Of a stretch of 32,000 nucleotides of DNA, positions 25,685 through 32,000 are shown one piece after another. A model generated the notes under the pieces. It was given only the letters and a program-made list of their open reading frames with translations. It did not search any database and was not told the origin of the DNA. The translations under genes and the position numbers were made by a program. Position 1 is the first letter of the stretch, and every line of letters begins with the position of its first letter. The DNA is from Candidatus Methylomirabilis limnetica (GTDB lineage: Bacteria > Methylomirabilota > Methylomirabilia > Methylomirabilales > Methylomirabilaceae), in NCBI RefSeq assembly GCF_003044035.1, contig NZ_NVQC01000022.1:330001-362000 (forward strand). The letters run 5' to 3'.

Positions 25685-27859
25685 TTAGGAGGGATTTTCT
25701 AAGGAACTGTATCTTTTCCTCGAAAGAAATACAAGCGTTTCAGCGAGGAGCAACGCGATTCCGGCCGCTGTGGCAACCCGTCCAACATAATCAGGCCAGC
25801 GATTGCCGAAGACGAGCCGGACCTGCTTGGCCGTGGGATAGACCAGCATGAATGATGGTGACACCAGATAGATCCGATCGGCGCCCTCAACGCGCCATTT
25901 CGGGTGATACGAGACCTTGATCAGGTGCGGGCGACCAGGGCACTCGGTCTCAAACCGAACCTCCTCATTGCCCAAGGCGTCTTTCACGTGGCATTCGGGC
26001 GAAAGGACCTGTTTAACGGGCTCCTCCATTAAGTCACGAAACGGCACGACTCCCGGCGGTACCGGATCGCCGGGTCGTGGGAAAAGGAGCGGTACCTCCA
26101 GCCATTCCGGTTTTTGGAACCAGTCATAAGCGAGTCGTTTCCAGTCGCCATCGGTCACGAGGGCAGGCTGGTATCGAAGCGGTACAACATACTGGCCGTT
26201 GCCTTGACGGACCTGGAAGATCTTGTAGGGTCCGATTTCCCCCTCCTCGCGGTACCCAGGATTCGACCCCAGGGCAGCCTTCACCCTATCCGTGACGGCA
26301 ATCACCTCTTTGACGTTGAACAGCTCCAAATGGGCGAGTGCCCGCTCCGGGTCGAATGGCGAACATTTGTAGGGAACGAAGGGACAAGAAGGAGTGTCCG
26401 TTAGTTCAGACTGGATGTAGAACACGAACGGGGAGGTCGGAGAGGACTGCATGTAGGCCCCTTCGAGCGTTGGGCGGCCCGATATAAGGGGGAGAGCCTC
26501 AAAAGCCCTGATCGTACCGGCCTTATCATGGAGAACCGAATGTTGGTACACGACTCTGGGACTGTGGGGGCCGCCTGGTAGCGCAATAGAATTCACGACA
26601 ATAAAGTATCGCCACCACGGTGTCTGCTCCATTCCGGAAAAATTCCACTGGATCCATTTGGGGATAAACGACACCTGAGGCATGACCCAGGCGATAGTCA
26701 TCACGGCGATGACGACAGGCGCCGCTCGCCAGAGTGAACGCGGTAGCCGCATCAGAAGTCCACCGAGACCGGCTGCGGCCAAGAGGACGAGAAAAAACTG
26801 CGCAAAGGCCAGGAACCTGACATCTACAAGGTTCAGCCAGGGTGAAACAAAATACAGGGTGACCGATAGCACCACAGGGTAGGTCAGGTAGTAGATCATC
26901 CGAAGCCATCCCTTGTCGCTAAATTTCCCCCGCAGTGTCAAGGCTACTGTGACCGCCGCAATGACGATGATGGGCCATAGCACGACCGGAACGATCTCCA
27001 GGATAGATGTAAACTCCCAGGTAATGGAGAACCCGGTAGTGTAAGGAAGGTACCAGACGAGCGGAATCAACCAGAATCCCAGCAGCAGCCCGCCCACAGC
27101 ATACACCCGCACCAGGTACAGGAGCGTCATCCGGAACTCCGAGGTCACAGCAAGGAAGTACAGCCCCATACCCGCCGCCATCACCATCCCGTATCCGTGC
27201 GCTAATCCGGTAAGGGCGAAGAGTACGGCACACCAGCCTGCGTACCGCCGCTCAAGGACGCCTCGGTACAGTGCACCCATGAATAATACGAGGAGCGTAA
27301 GTGAGAGGCTGTGAGAAAACTCGCCGGCCAGCGTGCTCGGAATGTTTCCACCCCACATGCTGTTGCCTGCGTTCAGCAGGAATGGAAGGGTCAGAACGGC
27401 GCCAAGCGCAGGAATGGGGAACGGACATCCGATCCAGCGGAGCGCAACGAGGGAGGCGATCGGGAGCCCGAAGGTTCCGGCGATAGTCCCCAGCTTAAAT
27501 GCAATAGGGAATGAGACGACAAGACTGAACCCGGCGATCAGCAGGAAGGCAAGGGGAAAATAGAAAAGGAAGAGGGGATAGCCGGCGAGGTTGCCCGGCA
27601 TCCAGCCAATAAGCTTTCCATTAGGCAAGAGGTAATCCCGCAGATATCTTGCCGCGACATAGTGTGCGATGGTGTCGCCACCGCCAGTGATAGTCGGCTT
27701 GAAAAGGAGGGAGGGTTTAAGGTACCAGAGAAGGAGTCCGTAGGTCAGCAGGAGGGCCAAGAGCGTGCTCACTCTCTCAACCCATCCGGGATATCTTCCC
27801 GTTGGAACTGCGTCGGGTTCGGCGGAGGCTGTACGTACAGATTCGCGAACGTCCAGCAT
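25685..27859 (-). CDS. Large polytopic membrane protein with C-terminal extracytoplasmic domain (GT-C / YfhO / PTPS-related-like, unconfirmed)
   Basis: The start is set to ATG 27859, because the ORF-track TTG 27877 lies inside the upstream terminator stem. About 13 TM helices begin with GGDTIAHY in the first loop. A soluble domain of about 300 aa and a final TM follow. The last codons and the stop derive from a family-B repeat. Confidence 0.6.
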   Translation of the reverse strand: MLDVRESVRTASAEPDAVPTGRYPGWVERVSTLLALLLTYGLLLWYLKPSLLFKPTITGGGDTIAHYVAARYLRDYLLPNGKLIGWMPGNLAGYPLFLFYFPLAFLLIAGFSLVVSFPIAFKLGTIAGTFGLPIASLVALRWIGCPFPIPALGAVLTLPFLLNAGNSMWGGNIPSTLAGEFSHSLSLTLLVLFMGALYRGVLERRYAGWCAVLFALTGLAHGYGMVMAAGMGLYFLAVTSEFRMTLLYLVRVYAVGGLLLGFWLIPLVWYLPYTTGFSITWEFTSILEIVPVVLWPIIVIAAVTVALTLRGKFSDKGWLRMIYYLTYPVVLSVTLYFVSPWLNLVDVRFLAFAQFFLVLLAAAGLGGLLMRLPRSLWRAAPVVIAVMTIAWVMPQVSFIPKWIQWNFSGMEQTPWWRYFIVVNSIALPGGPHSPRVVYQHSVLHDKAGTIRAFEALPLISGRPTLEGAYMQSSPTSPFVFYIQSELTDTPSCPFVPYKCSPFDPERALAHLELFNVKEVIAVTDRVKAALGSNPGYREEGEIGPYKIFQVRQGNGQYVVPLRYQPALVTDGDWKRLAYDWFQKPEWLEVPLLFPRPGDPVPPGVVPFRDLMEEPVKQVLSPECHVKDALGNEEVRFETECPGRPHLIKVSYHPKWRVEGADRIYLVSPSFMLVYPTAKQVRLVFGNRWPDYVGRVATAAGIALLLAETLVFLSRKRYSSLENPS

Positions 27860-27868
27860 GACCGCTCC

Positions 27869-27904
27869 AAAAAGCAAGAACGGGGCTTAACGCCCCGTTC
27901 TTGC
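27869..27904 (-). terminator. Rho-independent terminator of the 27938-28837 gene
   Basis: On the minus strand, the stem gcaagaacgggg / ccccgttcttgc with a ~7-nt loop is followed by TTTTT. It lies about 35 nt after the stop. Confidence 0.75.
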
Positions 27905-27937
27905 GATTATCACGTAACCTGCGTATTCAGTTGTCGA

Positions 27938-28837
27938 TTACTGCAGGTGATTTCTTCGAGCTCTCACCATCCAAGCCATCGCACCCAGGAACGCCGCTCC
28001 CAACACCATCATTCCCCAGTTACCGACCGTCGGGACCACCGGAATCGTCGTCGTGGTGGTCGTCGTGGTCGTCGTGGTCGTCGTGGTGGTGGTTACCGTA
28101 ACGCTGGTGGTATCAGAATCGCCTGTGGCGTTATCAACAAGGCTGCCAGCTGCGACGTCGAAGCCCGCGCCGCCGCCGGATACGTTCAGCGTCCCTGCGG
28201 TGTTCGGGGTGATGAACGAATTCCCATTATAGACAAAGAGGATGCCCTGGTTCAGACTCAAGCTGATCCCGTCGACAGGCTGTGCGGCAGCATCAGCAAT
28301 CGAACACGTGGCGGTTCCCCCAAACCCATACACGCTGTCGCCACAATTCACGTTGTTCGTGATGCTGGCGACAGGGGCGAGCGCGCTGATCAGTGTCAGG
28401 CCGGCATCACCGAATCCAGCCACCGTGGTGGCGCCAGAGGCCCATGACCCGGCACCAGTGGCAGAGAAGGTCACGGCGGGCGTGCAGGCGGCCAGCGACA
28501 GGGTCCCGGTCCGCTTCCCCTGAGCCAGAGCGGTAAGAGGGGTCGCCGGTACCTTGGCAATCAGGGTAGTCCCGCTGCTGACGGTTTGAACCACCGTCGC
28601 CGCAGAATTGAAGGCGATAGACATTGAGACGTTGGTCAGACGGTCATGATCGGTCCCAGCCGGCTGTGCATCCGAACAGAGGTACTGATAGACGGTTCCA
28701 TCGCTGGCAATGTCGATGCGCTGCTGCACCCGTGCATCGACACTCATCGGGGCGATAACCGTTCCCGCAAGGATCGCGGGGGCCAGCAGAGACAGAGCCA
28801 ACTTCTTGCTGAAAGCAACTCTTGCTCTAGAACTCAT
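27938..28837 (-). CDS. Secreted protein with poly-Thr linker and IPTLxxWG-CTERM-like sorting signal
   Basis: A ggaggag Shine-Dalgarno precedes ATG 28837, and the signal peptide ends SVDA. The mature domain is about 200 aa and Ala/Thr/Gly-rich. It is followed by 16 consecutive Thr codons (28046-28093), then IPVVPTVGNWGMMVLGAAFLGAMAWMVRARRNHLQ: a motif, a TM helix and a basic cluster. Confidence 0.85.
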   Translation of the reverse strand: MSSRARVAFSKKLALSLLAPAILAGTVIAPMSVDARVQQRIDIASDGTVYQYLCSDAQPAGTDHDRLTNVSMSIAFNSAATVVQTVSSGTTLIAKVPATPLTALAQGKRTGTLSLAACTPAVTFSATGAGSWASGATTVAGFGDAGLTLISALAPVASITNNVNCGDSVYGFGGTATCSIADAAAQPVDGISLSLNQGILFVYNGNSFITPNTAGTLNVSGGGAGFDVAAGSLVDNATGDSDTTSVTVTTTTTTTTTTTTTTTTIPVVPTVGNWGMMVLGAAFLGAMAWMVRARRNHLQ

Positions 28838-29126
28838 CCTTGCTCCTCCTTGCCCCCAACCTACAGGGCATAGCCTTCAACGTTGAGTACCACTAAGACC
28901 ACGAACCTAACATATAATCGAATGCATCATCAAGCGGCGCAGAAGCTGTACCGAAATTCTCCGATCTCTCGCCTCCCTTCGCCCCCAACACATGGAGTAC
29001 TATTGCCGTGCAACGCAAGTAGATCAATCCTGGAGCCTAAACCCGCTGCCTTGATACCATGCCTCCTTTTCGCCTGTCAAGTTTTTTATTTCTCTGCGAA
29101 AGCTCTGGTATTCTGTCAGGGATGAA

Positions 29127-29303
29127 CTACCCCGCAGCAAGCTGCGAGGTATCGTCTTATGTTCTGGCCCGTCATTCCGTGCTTGACACGCCTGCCCCGT
29201 ACTTGATACGGGGGAATCCAGTCGGGCCCTCTGGATACCGGCTTCCGCCGGTATGACGAACTCGCGGCAAGCCGCGGGGTATCAACCCTCAACGAAAATG
29301 AAT
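29127..29303. repeat. Family-C multi-hairpin element, copy 2 (inverted relative to 11388-11562)
   Basis: Its reverse complement aligns base-for-base with 11388-11562, apart from a handful of substitutions. Confidence 0.85.
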
Positions 29304-29430
29304 AGCCAAGCCGACCGAGAAGCCTGCCGATACGGAGGGGATCCGAGTCTCACGGGAAACCGTGCGCCGACTCCTCCGGGCCGAGAGGCTCGCGTCCCCG
29401 AACACGCCCCGCGCGCCCTGACATTTTCAT

Positions 29431-29560
29431 GGATAGACTTCGTAATCGCTCGATTCCTCCCGTCATTGCGAGTACCCGTAGGGTGCGTGGCAATCTCAGC
29501 ACAGGAATGCGAGATTGCTTCACTTCGTTCGCAATGACAGCTTTCTATCGCTGTGCTGGG
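29431..29560. repeat. Family-A MITE-like element, direct copy of 57-200
   Basis: Reads ggatagac..cgattcctcccgtcattgcgag..gtggcaatctcag..gagattgcttcacttcgttcgcaatgacagctttctatcgctgtgctggg and is collinear with 70-200. Confidence 0.8.
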
Positions 29561-29574
29561 ATCTGTCGTTGCCC

Positions 29575-29604
29575 TTGACCGGGACGCAACGGCATTTCTA
29601 TGGT
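29575..29604 (+). promoter_or_regulatory. Possible promoter of the 29687-30592 gene
   Basis: TTGACC (29575-29580), an 18-nt spacer, then TATGGT (29599-29604). The -10 element is weak. Confidence 0.25.
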
Positions 29605-29686
29605 ATTATTCCTCCGGCGGCACACAGCTCCGTGAACCGGTTGAACACGTAAGGTTGGCTGGAATGGTGGAGGCGTTGTCGAGATA

Positions 29687-30592
29687 ATGATGCGTCGCGG
29701 TGCCATTATCGTCATCCTCTTGGGTGCGATCATCGCCTTTGCGTTCTCGCGGGCGGTCGACGCGGCCACTAATGCTGAGCTTGTTCCAGGATCGAGGATC
29801 GTCTTCCCCTACTATGACCTGCGACCTGGATTCGCGACCTTCCTGTTCCTGACCAACATCAGCTCAGCCCCCGTATCTGTGGCCTTGGAGCTTTACGATA
29901 CGTCGGGCGCCCGCCAGGGCACCAACATAGACCTTTCAGCGCGCGACATCGATTCGCTCGACCTGTCCGAGATGATCTCCGGTAACGCATCCGATGGCTT
30001 TTTGCAGGGCTTCGTCGATGTCACCACGAGCGCGGACGTCCTGATAGGCACAGCGGTTGTCGTCAATATGGATGACGACTGGGCGATCACGTATAATGGG
30101 GCGTCGGCTCGCCGGCAAACGGCCGGCACGACACCCTTCGAACCGTACCCGACAGGTCTCTTGTTACCCGCGTTCCTGACCCCTGGACAACTTGGCGGTG
30201 GTACGCTGGCCGATGGCCTGCTGATCGTCGCCGCACCCCACCCAACCCGTCCCGGCGGCAAGCTACCGGATAAACCTATTCGGGCTTCGGCCGAGATCTT
30301 TCTGCGGCAGGAGCTCACCGCCGTGAGCAGCGACCAGCAAAGCACTCACGAGATAATCCAAAGCTCTTCCAGATTCAGCGGACGCCACATCATCCTGCCG
30401 ATAGGGACAGTTGTCGGCACCTTCCCCTCTCCGACGTTGGGATGGCTGTCTCTTAGGAATCATGTGGTGGACAAAAATGGCATCCCTTTCGGGCTGGTTG
30501 GTCTGTACATTCAGACATTGATCGGGCCGAGTAGCGCCTCCGGGATGGCCATTCGGCTCTCCGGTGATCCGTCCGCTGACACAACTCAATAG
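29687..30592 (+). CDS. Secreted protein of unknown family (paralog of 3267-4550)
   Basis: The signal peptide is MMRRGAIIVILLGAIIAFAFSRAVDA. The mature N-terminus ATNAELVPGSRIVFPYYD..FLFLTNIS, plus LELYD..NIDLSARDIDSLDL, GFVDV..VLIGTAVV, FEPYP..LLPAF and GLVGLYIQ..IRLSGD, match blocks in the 3267-4550 product. Confidence 0.8.
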   Translation: MMRRGAIIVILLGAIIAFAFSRAVDAATNAELVPGSRIVFPYYDLRPGFATFLFLTNISSAPVSVALELYDTSGARQGTNIDLSARDIDSLDLSEMISGNASDGFLQGFVDVTTSADVLIGTAVVVNMDDDWAITYNGASARRQTAGTTPFEPYPTGLLLPAFLTPGQLGGGTLADGLLIVAAPHPTRPGGKLPDKPIRASAEIFLRQELTAVSSDQQSTHEIIQSSSRFSGRHIILPIGTVVGTFPSPTLGWLSLRNHVVDKNGIPFGLVGLYIQTLIGPSSASGMAIRLSGDPSADTTQ

Positions 30593-30646
30593 CAGCGTGC
30601 GCAACGATACGCCTAATCCCATACACCCCTGCGGCGTCAGGTCTCT

Positions 30647-31774
30647 ATGAAGATCTGCCTCGTCGGCCCCTTCCCCCCTTTACGAGGGGGGATCGCCCAT
30701 TATAACGCCCAGCTCGGGCTGGAGCTGATGACGCGTCACGAGATCGCGGTGATCTCCTTTTCGCGCCAGTATCCGGCCATACTGTTTCCTGGGCGAACGC
30801 AGTTCGACACGGGCTCCCCGCCTGTGGGGCTCACTAGTGAAGCGATCCTCGACTCAATTAATCCTCTGAGCTGGCTCCGTACCGGCCGCCGGATCGCTGA
30901 GATCGCTCCCGACTTGGTTATTGTTCACTGGTGGCACCCTTTCTTCGGCCTGTGCCTCGGGACGACAGTGAGCCTGGCCAGAAGGCGATCTCGCGCCAGC
31001 GTCATCTTCATCTGCCACAATGTTGTTCCGCACGAACCGTTTCCCTTGGCGAGCGGACTGACAAGGTTCGCGCTGGCCTCAGGCGATGCGTGGCTCGTCC
31101 ACTCCGAGACCGACCGACAAGATCTGGAGTCGCTCAATCTGCGAGGCCACACACTTCTGGTCCCTCAACCTCCGGGGCAAGGGTTCGGAGCACCGATCGA
31201 CAAAGAGGAGGCGAAGAGTCGTCTCGGCCTTTCCGGAAATACCCTTCTCTTCTTCGGCCTGATCCGTAGCTACAAGGGGCTTCCAGGATTGCTCGAGGCG
31301 ATGCCCCTCGTGCTCCAAAAGGTGAACTGTACCCTCCTCGTGGTCGGAGAGTTCTACGAGGGGAAGGACCGCTGCCTGAGCCTCATCAGCGACTTGGGCC
31401 TCGCGTCGCACGTCCGGGTCATCGATCGCTTCGTTCCGGACAACGAGGTCAGCCTCTACTTTTCCGCAGCCGACCTGGTCGTGCTCCCCTACGAATCGGC
31501 CACACAGAGCGCCATCGTCCCGATCGCCTTTGCCTTCGAGCGGCCCGTGGTGGCCACTCGCGTGGGCGGGCTGCCGGAGGCGGTCCGTGACGGCGAAACC
31601 GGCCTTCTGGTAGAGCCGCGCAACCCAACCGCGTTGGCGGAGGCGATCATCCGCTTCTACGAGGAAGACATGGGGGGCATATTTCGCCGGCATATCCTGA
31701 AGCAGCAGCGCTTTTCCTGGGGCGAACTGGCCGCCACGCTGGAGACTGCGGCGATCAGCCGTACTTCGCAGTGA
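30647..31774 (+). CDS. GT4 family (Glycos_transf_1) glycosyltransferase
   Basis: The N-terminus MKICLVGPFPPLRGGIAHY and the C-terminal motifs LLVVGE, ADLVVLPY..ATQSAI and GGLPEAV.DGETGLLVEP match the GT-B retaining GT4 signature E-x7-E region. Confidence 0.85.
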   Translation: MKICLVGPFPPLRGGIAHYNAQLGLELMTRHEIAVISFSRQYPAILFPGRTQFDTGSPPVGLTSEAILDSINPLSWLRTGRRIAEIAPDLVIVHWWHPFFGLCLGTTVSLARRRSRASVIFICHNVVPHEPFPLASGLTRFALASGDAWLVHSETDRQDLESLNLRGHTLLVPQPPGQGFGAPIDKEEAKSRLGLSGNTLLFFGLIRSYKGLPGLLEAMPLVLQKVNCTLLVVGEFYEGKDRCLSLISDLGLASHVRVIDRFVPDNEVSLYFSAADLVVLPYESATQSAIVPIAFAFERPVVATRVGGLPEAVRDGETGLLVEPRNPTALAEAIIRFYEEDMGGIFRRHILKQQRFSWGELAATLETAAISRTSQ

Positions 31775-32000
31775 GGCGTGTGAGCCAGTCGCAGGGAACG
31801 TCCCGTTTTTCACGCCCTATATCCAGTCGTGCGACCCCTTGCGGCGTACACAAGAAACATGTTGACGTCATGCCCGTACAGTGAATAGTATGCAAGGCAT
31901 CTGCGCGTAAACGGCACGTTCTGAAAAGGAGCGGTCATCATATTTGCCGCGAGGAAGTCACGACGGCTGGTCGCTTTTTCCCTGTTGCTGCTACCCATTC

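Noticed and set aside
31810-31998. 62-aa minus-strand ORF at the window edge containing SRRDFLAA (TAT-like motif)
   Set aside because: It is too short, has no hydrophobic h-region after the RR motif, and has no Shine-Dalgarno that I can verify at the window edge. It may be spurious, or a fragment whose context lies outside the window.

Overview
High-GC bacterial chromosomal segment; the taxon cannot be assigned from sequence alone. Most of the window (about 7.9-31.8 kb) is a cell-envelope glycoprotein locus. It contains a short exosortase with the Cys/Arg/His signature (XrtH-like) and an overlapping membrane partner. It also encodes a secreted protein ending in 16 consecutive Thr followed by an IPTLxxWG-CTERM-like sorting signal (VPTVGNWG + TM helix + RARR), and a collagen-like protein with 29 G-X-Y triplets, 23 with Thr at Y. 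Two TMTC/PMT-like GT-C membrane glycosyltransferases carry C-terminal TPR arrays, and each is tightly coupled to an upstream secreted partner (the collagen-like protein; an 8-Asp-box BNR beta-propeller lipoprotein). There are two further large polytopic membrane proteins, one with tandem PA14 domains. The remaining genes are three GT2 enzymes (two of polyprenyl-phosphate-sugar synthase type), a GT4, a B12-binding radical SAM enzyme, and two paralogous secreted proteins of unknown family that bracket the locus. No Wzx/Wzy/Wza/Wzc or priming phosphoglycosyltransferase is present. I therefore read the locus as a periplasmic, lipid-linked-sugar-dependent protein O-glycosylation system coupled to exosortase sorting, not an EPS cluster. 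This is an inference. The left 7.5 kb holds small lipoprotein/TAT genes and two small nuclease genes (GIY-YIG, DUF559). The window is saturated with at least three families of palindromic REP/MITE-like repeats. Two IS elements sit precisely inside such repeats: an IS110-family element in a hairpin centre, with a candidate bridge-RNA leader, and an ISAzo13-family element with perfect 27-bp IRs and a TTA duplication. No rRNA, tRNA or CRISPR array was seen.
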